64,000 nucleotides of DNA from an uncultured Candidatus Binatia bacterium (GCA_965214605.1 OZ243961.1:1344001-1408000), one strand, 5' to 3'. Counted from the stretch's first letter, positions 13,312 through 24,162 are shown. Notes: a model not told the origin generated them from the sequence alone. Translations and numbers: made by a program.

Positions 13312-14640
13312 CTAGCGCCCGACCTGCCCGGCCACGAGGCGCACTCTTCTTGGCGCGGCCATCCACATACTGCCGATAGACACGCCGCACAGCCCGATCG
13401 CCAGCCAAAATGCAGGCATATACGTCCCGGTCTGATCGTACACCAGACCAGTCACCCACGGCCCGGCTGCGGCTCCAAGGCTGCCAGCGACACTCAGGGT
13501 ACCGTAGATTGTGCCATAGCGTCTGCTCTGAAAAATTTCGGCTGGAACCGCTCCATACACGGCCGAGATTCCGTAGCCCAACAAACCCTGGACCATGACC
13601 ATGCTGTATAACAGCATACGGCTCGGCTCTCCCTGCATGACGAGCAGCAGGGCGTAACACAGACCAAAGCCCAACAGGCTCATCGTCCATACCCATTCAC
13701 GGCCAATCCGGTCGGACAAAAGTCCCAAGCCAATCTGACCGGCGCTGCCAGCCAGGCCGACCAGACCGAGCGCATAGGCAGCCAGCTGAGGGGAAAACCC
13801 AAGATCTTCCAAATACTTGGTCTGATGGACTTGGACCGCGTACCACGCGTAGAGACTTGTTGCCAGGGCGAGCGCTAACCACCAGAACCGCGCAGTCCGG
13901 ACGGCCAAGGCTAAGGTCCACTCCGTTGAGGCCCAAGCGTGATCAACAATACCGTCGGCACGGCTGAGTTCGGTCGGCGACGAGGTCGAAACGGCCTCTC
14001 CATCGGGTGCCAAGCCGAGATCTTCCGGTCGGCGACGCTGCAAGAGGCTATTCAGCGGGACAACCGTCACAAAGAGTATCAACGCCATAATCCAACACGC
14101 GTCGCGCCAGCCAACGCGACTAATAGTGTCTTGGAGCCAGGGAAAGAGAACGATCGAACCAACTCCGGCACCGGCAAAGGTAATACCTAGAGCCAAGCCC
14201 CGTTTCTGGGTAAACCAGTAGGGGACAAACAAAGAATGGCCCAGGTAACCGATGAACATGCTGCCTCCGCCAACAAAAAGGCCAAAGGCCAAATACAGGT
14301 GCCACGGCTGAGCGATATAGGTGGTCAGAATCAGCCCGGTACTGACCATGCTGGCCCCGACTGGCAGGATAAGCCGAGGCCCAAAGCGATCCATCAGGAA
14401 GCCAATCATCGGCGAGTAGAGTGTGGCGATAACAAAGCCAAAGGAGAAGGCCGCCGCAGTCCCCCCCCGGTCCCAGCCAAACTCGGCCAGAATGGGCGGA
14501 AACAGCAGGGAGAAGGCGGTCCGTGTGTTCACGCCAATGGCTATGGTGACAAAGGCGACCCCAACAACCATCCAGCCGTAGAAAAAAGGCAATCGGGTAT
14601 ATAAAGGGGATGAGCCTGAAGCCGGGGGAGCGTGTTTCAT
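13312..14640 (-). CDS. MFS transporter (OFA/MCT-like)
   Basis: About 12 hydrophobic segments, FFYGW start, G.LMDRFGPR and G.LSDRIGRE motifs, KRGLALG. Confidence 0.92.
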   Translation of the reverse strand: MKHAPPASGSSPLYTRLPFFYGWMVVGVAFVTIAIGVNTRTAFSLLFPPILAEFGWDRGGTAAAFSFGFVIATLYSPMIGFLMDRFGPRLILPVGASMVSTGLILTTYIAQPWHLYLAFGLFVGGGSMFIGYLGHSLFVPYWFTQKRGLALGITFAGAGVGSIVLFPWLQDTISRVGWRDACWIMALILFVTVVPLNSLLQRRRPEDLGLAPDGEAVSTSSPTELSRADGIVDHAWASTEWTLALAVRTARFWWLALALATSLYAWYAVQVHQTKYLEDLGFSPQLAAYALGLVGLAGSAGQIGLGLLSDRIGREWVWTMSLLGFGLCYALLLVMQGEPSRMLLYSMVMVQGLLGYGISAVYGAVPAEIFQSRRYGTIYGTLSVAGSLGAAAGPWVTGLVYDQTGTYMPAFWLAIGLCGVSIGSMWMAAPRRVRLVAGQVGR

Positions 14641-15294
14641 GTGAGGTTTTTCCGGATCAGCAAAAAGCGAGGCAGCCCTCAGCGCGATATTCTTGGGGGG
14701 CGAACGGTCCGGGATCAGTCGGCCTTTCGGGGACAGTCTCCTCTCCCCGACTAGAGGCTAGAGGTCCGACTGCGTTGGATAAACCTCTAAAGCAGGTGGT
14801 CCATACGTCTACTTGAAGCGGCCGCGGATGACAAGTGATTCGAGTACGTCGGTATATAGTGTTTCGACTGATTGCTCCACATAAACCGAGGCGCCGCCTG
14901 CCAGAGCATTTTTTGATGGCAGGCGAGATTCGCAGCCACAGCATTGAGATCGTGCACCGAGTTCATCCTCACAACCTGCGAAGCAGCCCTTCCGGCTGCA
15001 GCGTCGAGCTGGTATGTCTCGGAGTGATGAGGGGAGTGCCGTAGAATCTATGGGCCGTAAGGAACAGGCAAGCGCTTAAGACTGGGGGAGACGACTCTCT
15101 TGCGGCCCAGGGAGACCTTGATCGTATCGGAAAATGCTCTAGGAAAGGGGCTGGTCCATGATGCTATTCTGCGTCAATCCCTAAAGATGAAGACAAGGAC
15201 ATCAATATCGGCAGCGCTCCGCTTCTCCAAGTCCCAGACGAACGAGACAAAACGCCCATCAATCCCGTTCACAAGCGACTGCAAATGAAGCCCG

Positions 15295-15318
15295 GTGTGT
15301 AAAGTCATCTTTACACAC
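15295..15318. promoter_or_regulatory. Perfect palindrome, candidate transcription-factor operator
   Basis: GTGTGTAAAG-TCAT-CTTTACACAC in the non-coding gap between the MFS gene and icd. Confidence 0.45.
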
Positions 15319-15643
15319 GTTGCAGATCATGAAGGCAGAGTTGCCAAACTGCGCTTCTGTGCGAAGGCGGCTCTTGAGAAAGCCACCTCCCAAAAGGCTC
15401 CCCAGGACGGCTTTGGCGACATATGGCCACGACAGGAGTAGGTCGCTAGGTGCCGACAGCGTGGACAGGAGCGCGGTAGCGTTTGGCAATGTCAATGCTG
15501 CCCTCACTGGCGGCAAAGGGCTCCAGTTGTCACGTCCGTGTCATTTAGCCCACCAGTTCGCGATACAGTCATTGCTGACCGACAATGCTTCGGAGTAAGA
15601 ACGCATATTTGCTTTCAGCAAGGGCGAACCGTGCGGCCGTTTT

Positions 15644-17872
15644 TTACAGCGTGTCAATAATGGCGTTAAAGGTAGAGCTAGGACGCATCGCCTGGGCAGT
15701 TTTGCTTGGATCAGGCGAGTAGTAGCCGCCAATATCGACTGGCTGGCCTTGGGCGGTGAGCAGCTCTTGGGTGATCTTGGCCTCATTCTCCTCCAATGTT
15801 TTTGCCACCTCGCTAAACCGCGCCTGTAGGGTCGTATCAGTGTCCTGGGCCGCCAGCGCCCGGGCCCAGTACAGGGCAAGGTAGAAGGTACTGCCCCGGT
15901 TGTCGATCTCGTTCACCTTGCGGGAGGGAGATCGTGAGTTTTCGAGGTATTTGGTGATGGCCTGATCAAGCGTCTGGGCAAACAGTGCGGCGGTGGCATT
16001 TGAGGTGTTCTCGGCAATCAGCTCAAGCGCAGGCACCAGGGCACAGTACTCGCCCAGGGAATCCCATCTCAGATGTCCCTCTTGGAGAAACTGCTGGACA
16101 TGCTTAGGAGCGGAGCCACCTGCGCCGGTCTCGAACAGTCCGCCACCATGCATCAGCGGCACGATCGACAGCATCCTGGCGCTGGTCCCCAGTTCAAGAA
16201 TCGGGAATAGATCGGTCAGATAGTCACGTAGCACGTTACCTGTTGCGGCAATCGTGTCTTCCCCTCTACGGATCCGTTCCAGCGAAAACCGCATCCCATC
16301 CTGGGGCCTCATGACACGAATCTCCAGACCGGTCGTGTCATGCTCGGGCAGATAGGTGTTCATCTTCTTGATGATTTCCCTATCGTGTCCTCTGCGCTCG
16401 TCCAGCCAGAAAACCACCGGCGTACCAGTCGCTCTTGCTCTCGACACGGCCAGCCGAACCCAGTCCCGGATCGGCGCGTCCTTGGTCTGACACATTCTGA
16501 AGATATCGCCGACCTCGACCGTCTGTTCAAGCAGTGTCGTCCCTGCATCGTCGACAACACGAATCCTTCCGTCGGCCGGAGCTTCGAAGGTTTTGTCATG
16601 CGAGCCGTACTCCTCGGCTTTCTGCGCCATCAGACCGACATTGGAGACGCTGCCCATTGTTGCCGGATCAAACTGTCCGTATTTTTTTGCGTTTTCAAGA
16701 ATTTCCTTATACATGGGTGCGTAAGATCGGTCGGGCACCATCGCGATTGTGTCTTGCAGCTCGTCGTCCCTATTCCACATCCGCCCTCCGTCACGCACGA
16801 CATTCGGCATTGAGGCATCAATAATGATATCATTGGGCACGTGCAGGTTGGTGATACCGCGTCTCGCGTTGACCATCGCTAGCGCCGGGCGGTCGGCGTA
16901 CACCGCAGCAATGTCGGCCTCAATCTCGGCTTTTTTTTCAGCCGGGAGACGTTCGAGTTTGGCCAGCACATCGGCCAGACCATTGTTGACATTCGCCCCA
17001 ATCTCTTTAAGGACATCGGCGTGCTTGGCAAGCGCCTCTTGGAAGTAGACCGAGACACAGTGTCCGAACATGATGGGGTCGGAGACTTTCATCATGGTCG
17101 CTTTGAGGTGCAAAGACAGCAGCACGCCGTCTTTCTTTGCCGCATCCATCTGCTCGGCGTAGAATCTGCGCAGGGCTCTCACGTTCATGACCGAGGTGTC
17201 AATGACTTCGCCGTCAAGAAGAGACAGCTTGTCTTTCAAGACGCTGACCGGTCCGTCGGTGGCGACGAACTCAATCCGCACCTCGGTAGCTTTTTCCACA
17301 GTGGTCGATTTCTCACTCGCAAAGAAATCCTTCCCCTCCATATGAGCGACCCGGGCTTTCGACCCACTCTCCGGCCACTGCTGCATCATTTTGTGCGGAT
17401 TCTTTTGAAAAAACTTCTTGACCGAAGTCGCAGCTCTGCGATCCGAATTACCCTCCCGCAGGACCGGATTGACGGCCGAACCGAGTACCACCGCAAAGCG
17501 GGCTTGCAGAGCCCTCTCGGCGTCGTTTTGAGGCTCCTCCGGATAGTCGGGGATATCATAGCCCTTGGATTGGAGTTCCTTGATCGTGGCTTTGAGCTGC
17601 GGGACAGTCGCACTGATATTTGGTAGCTTGAGGATAACGGCCTCTGGCGTTTGGGCCAGTTTGCCGAGCTGGCTCAGACAGTCGGGAATTCTTTGCTCTT
17701 CGGTCAGCTTCTCGGGAAAGTTGGCAATGATTCTGCCAGCCAGAGAGATGTCGCTGATTTCGAGCTCAATCCCGGTCCCCTTGGTGTAGGCCTGAACAAT
17801 CGGTAGCAAGGCGTAGGTGGCCAGGGCCGGTGCTTCATCAATCTTTGTCCACGTAATTTTTGCTATTGCCAT
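15644..17872 (-). CDS. icd: Monomeric NADP-dependent isocitrate dehydrogenase
   Basis: [56 protein letters not shown]; 742 aa. Confidence 0.97.
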   Translation of the reverse strand: MAIAKITWTKIDEAPALATYALLPIVQAYTKGTGIELEISDISLAGRIIANFPEKLTEEQRIPDCLSQLGKLAQTPEAVILKLPNISATVPQLKATIKELQSKGYDIPDYPEEPQNDAERALQARFAVVLGSAVNPVLREGNSDRRAATSVKKFFQKNPHKMMQQWPESGSKARVAHMEGKDFFASEKSTTVEKATEVRIEFVATDGPVSVLKDKLSLLDGEVIDTSVMNVRALRRFYAEQMDAAKKDGVLLSLHLKATMMKVSDPIMFGHCVSVYFQEALAKHADVLKEIGANVNNGLADVLAKLERLPAEKKAEIEADIAAVYADRPALAMVNARRGITNLHVPNDIIIDASMPNVVRDGGRMWNRDDELQDTIAMVPDRSYAPMYKEILENAKKYGQFDPATMGSVSNVGLMAQKAEEYGSHDKTFEAPADGRIRVVDDAGTTLLEQTVEVGDIFRMCQTKDAPIRDWVRLAVSRARATGTPVVFWLDERRGHDREIIKKMNTYLPEHDTTGLEIRVMRPQDGMRFSLERIRRGEDTIAATGNVLRDYLTDLFPILELGTSARMLSIVPLMHGGGLFETGAGGSAPKHVQQFLQEGHLRWDSLGEYCALVPALELIAENTSNATAALFAQTLDQAITKYLENSRSPSRKVNEIDNRGSTFYLALYWARALAAQDTDTTLQARFSEVAKTLEENEAKITQELLTAQGQPVDIGGYYSPDPSKTAQAMRPSSTFNAIIDTL

Positions 17873-17992
17873 ACTCTATCCTTTCCTCAACGTGCGGATT
17901 GCAAAGCATGCTCGAAGATAGTAGACAGGTAGAAACCTTTGCAATCCGGCCGAGGTTATCTTATCGGAATCATTTTGGAAAGCCGCTTGACT

Positions 17993-19051
17993 ATGAATCC
18001 CATACTCCGCTGCTGGCCCCTTCTGTGTCTGCTCACCGTCTTGCTCGGCTGTTCCCGTGAGGTCGAAGATGTCCCACTCAGCAATCGGCTGATGACCGTG
18101 GCCGACAAGTTCTTCGATGTCATAGCCGTGTCAGTTGAAAAAGCGGTGGTGGTCGGCTACGGAGGGAAGATCTTGATGACCACTGACGGCGGGAGAACCT
18201 GGCAGCAGAAGGACAGCGGCAGTGATTTGGCTCTGTATAGCATTGATTTTCCAGACGTCCAAACGGGCTGGATCAGCGGCCAAAACGGTCTGCTGCTGAA
18301 AAGCGAAGACGGCGGCGAAACCTGGCAGTCCCAGGACAGCGGGGTCACGGTTTCCCTGCTAGCTCTCCAGTTTCTGGATACCAATCATGGCTGGGCAGTT
18401 GGCGGTCAAGCTACCTATCTGCGCACGACTGACGGTGGACAGTCGTGGGAATCAGGCTATATTGAGCCGTCTTTGGAAGGCGTGGATCTCAATGCCACAC
18501 TCGCCCTGACAGAGCCTAATATCTACGACGTCCACTTTGTTGATGCGCAGACCGGCTGGATGGTTGGTGAATTTGGCAAGATCTTTCATTCAACGGACGG
18601 CGGTCAGAGCTGGACCGAACAGCAGAACAGCCTCTTAGGCCAGGCCGGCATTGACGATGCCTTCAACTTTCCTACCTTTTTCGGGACGTATTTCACCTCC
18701 GCCTTAGAAGGCATTGCCGTCGGTTTAGAAGGCAAAATCGCAGCGACGACCGACGGTGGCCAACACTGGGCATTTCTCAAAGATACCGCTTCAGAAACCG
18801 CGCCGCTCTACACGCCGGTCTTACTCAACAACGGTCGGGGCTGGATCGTCGGGGCCTCGGGACGCATCTACCAGCTTCAGGGTGGAGAAAACGGGGCCAC
18901 CTGGCAACGCCTCAGCTTCGGCATGCCAACGGTCTCCTGGCTGCGGGCAATTGATTTTGCGGACGAACAGCACGGCTGGATTGTGGGCGGCTTTGGCACG
19001 GTCATGCGTACCTCGAATGGCGGCCAGAGTTGGTTGCCCAGTCTCGGCTAG
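17993..19051 (+). CDS. YCF48-related beta-propeller lipoprotein (BNR/Asp-box repeats)
   Basis: Lipobox LLGC; repeated T.DGG..W and GW.VG..G motifs. Confidence 0.85.
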   Translation: MNPILRCWPLLCLLTVLLGCSREVEDVPLSNRLMTVADKFFDVIAVSVEKAVVVGYGGKILMTTDGGRTWQQKDSGSDLALYSIDFPDVQTGWISGQNGLLLKSEDGGETWQSQDSGVTVSLLALQFLDTNHGWAVGGQATYLRTTDGGQSWESGYIEPSLEGVDLNATLALTEPNIYDVHFVDAQTGWMVGEFGKIFHSTDGGQSWTEQQNSLLGQAGIDDAFNFPTFFGTYFTSALEGIAVGLEGKIAATTDGGQHWAFLKDTASETAPLYTPVLLNNGRGWIVGASGRIYQLQGGENGATWQRLSFGMPTVSWLRAIDFADEQHGWIVGGFGTVMRTSNGGQSWLPSLG

Positions 19052-19093
19052 GGCATCAGGGCGGACCCACTGTGGACACGGAGCATATGCGGC

Positions 19094-19888
19094 ATGGCAG
19101 ATTCGGTCTTCGATATTGCGGGTAAAGTCACGATTGTCACCGGTGGCGGGACAGGTATTGGGGCCGATATTGCGGCCGAGTTTTGCCGGCGCGGAGCGAA
19201 GGTCCTGATTACCAGCCGGACGATGGATCACCTCGGTCCAGTGGCAGACAGCCTCCGCCAAGAGGGCGGCACGGTCGATGCAATCGTGTGTGACGTGCGC
19301 CAGAACGACCAAGTCGAGGCCGTGGTCAACAGAGCCGTGGCCAACTGGGGCCAGGTCGACGTGCTGATTAATAACGCCGGGGCGAGTTTTGTGGCCCACG
19401 CCCACGATATTTCGCCCAACGGTTTTCGGGCGATTGTCGATATCAACCTGAACGGCACCTTTCTGTTTTCCCGGACCGTGGCCCGAATCATGATGGACAA
19501 AAACAGCGGTGGCAGCATCATCAATATTTCGTCTGATTCGGGCGTCTACGGGTCGGCCACCATGGCCCATTACGGTGCCTCAAAGGCTGGGGTGGTCAAT
19601 CTGACCCGCTCGCTGGCCATCGAATGGGCGGCCTACGGCATCCGGGTCAATTGCATCTCACCTGGCCCGATTGAAACGCCCGGTGTCAAAGAAGTGCTCT
19701 GGCCGACGCCGGAGTTGCAGCAGCGCGCCCGTGACTCCAACGCCCTGAAACGGTTTGGCAGCGGTCTGGAAGTCGCCTGGCCGTGCGTCTTCCTGGCGTC
19801 TTCGGCCTCAAGCTTTATTAACGGGATTAACTTGCAAGTCGATGGCTGCATGCTGAAAAGCGGCGAACCTGAGAGCCACCTCAATTAG
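19094..19888 (+). CDS. SDR family oxidoreductase (2,4-dienoyl-CoA reductase-like)
   Basis: TGGGTGIG, NNAG, YGASK, ISPNGFRAIVDINLNGTF, ISPGPI. Confidence 0.88.
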   Translation: MADSVFDIAGKVTIVTGGGTGIGADIAAEFCRRGAKVLITSRTMDHLGPVADSLRQEGGTVDAIVCDVRQNDQVEAVVNRAVANWGQVDVLINNAGASFVAHAHDISPNGFRAIVDINLNGTFLFSRTVARIMMDKNSGGSIINISSDSGVYGSATMAHYGASKAGVVNLTRSLAIEWAAYGIRVNCISPGPIETPGVKEVLWPTPELQQRARDSNALKRFGSGLEVAWPCVFLASSASSFINGINLQVDGCMLKSGEPESHLN

Positions 19889-19902
19889 TCTGGAGCACCG
19901 CT

Positions 19903-21306
19903 ATGGCAGGTATTGTTTCGTACGGGACGTATGTCCCGACCTATCGTCTCCCGCGTGACCTGATTGCCCAGGAGTGGGGCACGCCTTCTTTGGGCGGGGA
20001 ACGGGCAATTGCCAATTATGACGAAGACAGTCTGACCCTAGCGGTCAACGCCAGTGTGGACGCCCTGGGCGATCAAGACCCCCAGCACTTGGCCGGAGTG
20101 TTCTTTGCTTCAACCACCCCACCGTACCGGGAGAAACAGGCTGCCGTGACCGTTGCCACGGTACTAGATGCCAAGGCTGAAATCCGAACTATGGATTTCA
20201 CCGATACGCTCCGGGCCGGCACCTCGGCCCTGTTAGCTGCGCTCGACCTGGTCCAGACTGGTCGGCCGCTCCTAGTTTGTGCAGGTGACTCACGTATGGG
20301 TGAGCCCGATACCCAGCAAGAGCAGAACTATGGCGACGCGGGCGGTGCACTGGTGATTGGGACCGATGGGGCGCTGGCCGAAGTGGTCGGGACCTACACC
20401 ATGAGCCAAGAGTTTCTCGGCACCTGGCGCACCGAAGAGCAAGATTACCTGCGCTCCTTTCCTGGCGCGTTTGAGAATAAGTTTGGCTACAATCGTTTTG
20501 TTGCTGCCGCGGTTAAGGGGGTGTTGGACAAGTGTAAGCTAAGCGCCCAGGATATCACCAATGCGGCCATTGCTGGTCCGAGCCAACGCGCCATGCAGGC
20601 AGCCCTGCGTGGTCTGGGTCTGGATGTCAAGTCTCAGGTCCAGGACACATTCTGGAACACGATCGGCGATTCGGGCACGGCTCAACCTTTTGTGTTGTTG
20701 GCCGCGGTACTAGAGCGCTCCAAGCCGGGCGATCTGATTCTGGTTGCCGGCTATGGCGACGGTGGGGATGCGGCAATTTTTCGCGTCACCGACGCCATAG
20801 CAGACCACCGGCTAGTACGCAGCGTCTACTCACAGATTGAGGTAAAACGCACCATGGCGTCGTACGGCAAATACGCCCGCTTCCGGAAGCTGATGAAAAA
20901 GGATTATTCGACCCAAGACGAATCGACGCCGGTTGTTTTGTTGCGGGATAAAAACGAAATTTTTCCACTCCACGGCGGAAAGTGCCCTAGCTGTGGCACA
21001 ATCCAGTTCCCCATCCATCGGATATGTGTTGAATGCGGCTATCGCGACGGTCTTGAAGAGGTGAAGCTGGCCCGAACCGGCAAACTGTTTACCTTCACCC
21101 ATGACCATCTGACCGAAACGCCCGATCCGCCGACGACGCATGCTGTGGTTGATCTCGACGGCGGTGGTCGGGTTTTTGTACAGCTGACCGACTGCGAACC
21201 TGATCGGGTCGCAATCGGCATGCCGATTGAGTTGACGTTTAGAAAGTACCACGAGGGGTCTGGTATCAAGAATTATTTCTGGAAGGCCAGACCGGTTAGC
21301 ACCTGA
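19903..21306 (+). CDS. HMG-CoA synthase/FabH-fold protein (catalytic residues absent) fused to a C-terminal DUF35 Zn-ribbon/OB-fold
   Basis: GIVSYGTYVP.YRL, DEDSLTLAV, GDAGGA, GYGDGGDA; C-terminal CPSC...CVEC, GKLFTFT, GMPIELTFRK, YFWKARP. Confidence 0.85.
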   Translation: MAGIVSYGTYVPTYRLPRDLIAQEWGTPSLGGERAIANYDEDSLTLAVNASVDALGDQDPQHLAGVFFASTTPPYREKQAAVTVATVLDAKAEIRTMDFTDTLRAGTSALLAALDLVQTGRPLLVCAGDSRMGEPDTQQEQNYGDAGGALVIGTDGALAEVVGTYTMSQEFLGTWRTEEQDYLRSFPGAFENKFGYNRFVAAAVKGVLDKCKLSAQDITNAAIAGPSQRAMQAALRGLGLDVKSQVQDTFWNTIGDSGTAQPFVLLAAVLERSKPGDLILVAGYGDGGDAAIFRVTDAIADHRLVRSVYSQIEVKRTMASYGKYARFRKLMKKDYSTQDESTPVVLLRDKNEIFPLHGGKCPSCGTIQFPIHRICVECGYRDGLEEVKLARTGKLFTFTHDHLTETPDPPTTHAVVDLDGGGRVFVQLTDCEPDRVAIGMPIELTFRKYHEGSGIKNYFWKARPVST

Positions 21307-21335
21307 GCCACACACTCCAGATAAGGAGGAAGTAG

Positions 21336-22478
21336 ATGGATATTCGTGACCAAGTATCGGTTATTGGGGCGGGATGCAGCAAGTTCGGTGAGAACTACGA
21401 TATGAGCGCGGAAGATATGGTCGTGGCAGCAGCGCTGGAAGCCTATGCCGACGCCACTATTGATCCCAGCCAGATTCAGGCCGCCTGGGTGGGGACTCTG
21501 AGTTCGGCGAGCGCCGGCAACGCGCTGGCCGATCCGCTAAAGCTGTACAATATTCCGATTACCCGGGTCGAGAACTACTGCGCTTCGGGGATGGACGCCT
21601 TTCGTAACGCATGTATGGCGGTGGCCTCGGGCATGTACGATGTGGTGCTGGCGCTCGGCTTTGAGAAGCTGCGTGACTCTGGTCAACGGGGCTTGGGCAC
21701 CTTTGGCTCCCACCCCGTTGTCGGCTACGGCACGACCGCGCCGTCGCTGTTTGCGATGGCCGCCAACCGCTATTTCGAGACCTATGGCATAGACAAACAC
21801 GCCCTGGCTAAAGTGGCGATCAAAAATCATCACAACGGCACCATGAGCCCCAAGGCGCACTTTCGGATGGAGGTCACCGAAGAGCAGGTTATCAACGCGC
21901 CGCTGATCTGTAGCCCACTTGGTCTGTTTGACTGCTGCCCGACCACGGATGGTGCGGCAGCGGTGATCATCTGTAACTCGAAGCTGGCCAAATCTTTTCG
22001 GCCTGATCCGCTGAAAGTCAAAGGCATCGGTCTGTCAGTCACCTCGGGCGAGCCATATATGAAACCAGGTTTTGCCTATACTGGCTTCCCGGCCACGGCC
22101 CAAGCCGCGCAGTCCGCCTATCAGCAAGCCGGTATGACGGCGAGGGACATTGACCTAGTGGAGTGCCACGACTGCTTCACGATTACCGAAATTCTGAACT
22201 ACGAAGACCTGGGTCTGTGTAAAAAAGGCGAGGGTTGGAAATATGTTGAAGAAGGCCGGGCCTCAATTGAGGGGGATATTCCGGTCAATCCGTCGGGCGG
22301 TCTCAAATCATTTGGTCATCCCATTGGCGCGACCGGTATCCGGATGATCTACGAGGTCGGTCAGCACCTGTGGCATAAAGCAGGGGAGCGCCAGGTCAAA
22401 AACGCAGAAGTCGGCCTGGCGCATAATCTGGGGGGGCCTGGCTCGGTCGGCTGTGTGTCGATCTTGGCCAGCAGTTAG
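21336..22478 (+). CDS. Acetyl-CoA acetyltransferase, SCP2/archaeal-type thiolase
   Basis: VENYCASG (catalytic Cys), DCCPTTDGAAA, CHDCF, GHPIGATG, HNLGG. Confidence 0.9.
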   Translation: MDIRDQVSVIGAGCSKFGENYDMSAEDMVVAAALEAYADATIDPSQIQAAWVGTLSSASAGNALADPLKLYNIPITRVENYCASGMDAFRNACMAVASGMYDVVLALGFEKLRDSGQRGLGTFGSHPVVGYGTTAPSLFAMAANRYFETYGIDKHALAKVAIKNHHNGTMSPKAHFRMEVTEEQVINAPLICSPLGLFDCCPTTDGAAAVIICNSKLAKSFRPDPLKVKGIGLSVTSGEPYMKPGFAYTGFPATAQAAQSAYQQAGMTARDIDLVECHDCFTITEILNYEDLGLCKKGEGWKYVEEGRASIEGDIPVNPSGGLKSFGHPIGATGIRMIYEVGQHLWHKAGERQVKNAEVGLAHNLGGPGSVGCVSILASS

Positions 22479-22542
22479 CGTAAGAATAATCTCTATCTTA
22501 CTTTCTAGTGGTCATCATCGTTTCCCTTTTCCGGAGTGCTTA

Positions 22543-23664
22543 ATGGATTTTGGCTTCACTGAAGAGCAGGATCTGCTGCGGCAGTCTGCGGCAGATTTCC
22601 TAAACAATGAATGTCCGATGAGCTATGTCCGCCAGATGATGGAAGACGAGCGCGGCTATAGCGATGAGATATGGCGGAAGATGGCCGAGCTGGGTTGGAT
22701 GGGTCTTCTCTTTCCCGAACAGTACGGCGGATCAGGACTCAACCTGATCGATATGGCCGTCGTTCTTGAAGAAATGGGCCGGGTTGTTTTGCCTGGCCCA
22801 TTTTTTTCGACGGTTATACTCGGCGGCTTTGCCATCCTGGAAACGGGCAGCGAAGAACAGAAAAACACGCTGCTGCCCCATATCGCCTCGGGACAGCTCA
22901 AAACGACCCTGGCCATCCTGGAAGACAACGCGCGTTGGGATGAACGAGGGGTACGCCTCAGGGCGGAAAAGAACGATGGGGGGTATCAGCTCAGCGGGGT
23001 GAAGCTATTTGTCCCGGACGCCCATGTGGCGGATACGATCGTGTGTGCGGCACGGACTGACGAGGGGTTTGGATTATTTCTGATTGATCGCCAGCAGGCC
23101 GGCGTGAGCACCAGCGTGCTGAAAACAATGGACCAAACCCGTAAACTGTGCGAGCTGAGGCTTGACAAGGTTCAGCTCGGTCCGGACGCCCTACTCAGCT
23201 CTCCGGGACTCGGCTGGGACAAGCTCAGCCGGGTGCTTGACCGCAGTAAGGTTGCGCTGTGCGCCGAGATGACGGGCGGCGCCCAGCGCGTCCTTGATAT
23301 GAGCGTCGAATACGCCAAGGTCAGAGAGCAGTTCGGCCGCCCGATTGGCTCCTTCCAGGCAATCCAGCATAAATGTGCCGATATGTTAGTCCAGGTCGAA
23401 AGCGCAAAGTCAGCGACCTATTACGCGGCCTGGGCGGTCTCGAACGCTGCGCCTGATGCGGCGCTGGCGTCCGCTATGGCCAAAGCGTATTGCAGCGATG
23501 CGTACCGCAAGGTCAGTGCCGACGGGATTCAGGTCCACGGTGGCATTGGTTTTACCTGGGAGCACGACATGCACCTCTATCTCAAGCGGGCCAAGGGCTC
23601 AGAAGTTACCTTTGGCGATGCGATCTGGAATAGAGAGCTCGTTGCCCAACATACGCTGGATTAA
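22543..23664 (+). CDS. Acyl-CoA dehydrogenase family protein
   Basis: MDFGFTEEQ, PEQYGGSG, R.QFGRPIGSFQAIQH, QVHGGIGFTWEH. Confidence 0.92.
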   Translation: MDFGFTEEQDLLRQSAADFLNNECPMSYVRQMMEDERGYSDEIWRKMAELGWMGLLFPEQYGGSGLNLIDMAVVLEEMGRVVLPGPFFSTVILGGFAILETGSEEQKNTLLPHIASGQLKTTLAILEDNARWDERGVRLRAEKNDGGYQLSGVKLFVPDAHVADTIVCAARTDEGFGLFLIDRQQAGVSTSVLKTMDQTRKLCELRLDKVQLGPDALLSSPGLGWDKLSRVLDRSKVALCAEMTGGAQRVLDMSVEYAKVREQFGRPIGSFQAIQHKCADMLVQVESAKSATYYAAWAVSNAAPDAALASAMAKAYCSDAYRKVSADGIQVHGGIGFTWEHDMHLYLKRAKGSEVTFGDAIWNRELVAQHTLD

Positions 23665-23709
23665 TCCTACCGGTGGGATGGGACAGACACTCCAGCCGTT
23701 GGTAAGGGC

Positions 23710-24162
23710 TCAAGCAGCAAAGGGGAAAGGACGGGATGACACAATACGATGTTTGTCCCGCACGGCCTCATCATAATAGCGCGCACGCCACCGCTTCAGC
23801 CCAAGCCGGATATAGTCAGGATCGAGCCCCAGGACTTCGCAGGTATTCACAAATGAGAACGGCCAGTCCACGTCGTCGGCCGCAAACCACTCCTCTGCCT
23901 CCAGGGCCAGCCGCTGGACACGGCGACCTCTGCCAACAAACTGTTTTTGGAAACAGCGAACCGCGTCCTCAAGGACGGCTCGCCTGAGCATGATTTCTCC
24001 GCCCTGGGTCTGCCCCTCAGCAGACGAACTATAAAACTGCTCGGGCAGGATAGCCGCGCTTGGTAGCAGCTGACTGGCCGCGCCTAAATCGTACAACAGG
24101 ACGGGTAGGCCGGGACGGTGACGGTCTTTTGCCCGGTACGATGCGCTAGATGATTTTGCCAT
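23710..24162 (-). CDS. Hypothetical protein (ILPEQF / AVLEDA / WPFSFVN.CE.LGLDP motifs)
   Basis: 150-aa ORF from MAKSSS with a GGAGGT SD; protein-like helical composition. Confidence 0.75.
   Translation of the reverse strand: MAKSSSASYRAKDRHRPGLPVLLYDLGAASQLLPSAAILPEQFYSSSAEGQTQGGEIMLRRAVLEDAVRCFQKQFVGRGRRVQRLALEAEEWFAADDVDWPFSFVNTCEVLGLDPDYIRLGLKRWRARYYDEAVRDKHRIVSSRPFPFAA

Noticed and set aside
18170-19040. Recurring GACGGCGG...TGG nucleotide motifs
   Set aside because: Coding BNR/Asp-box repeats of the YCF48-like protein
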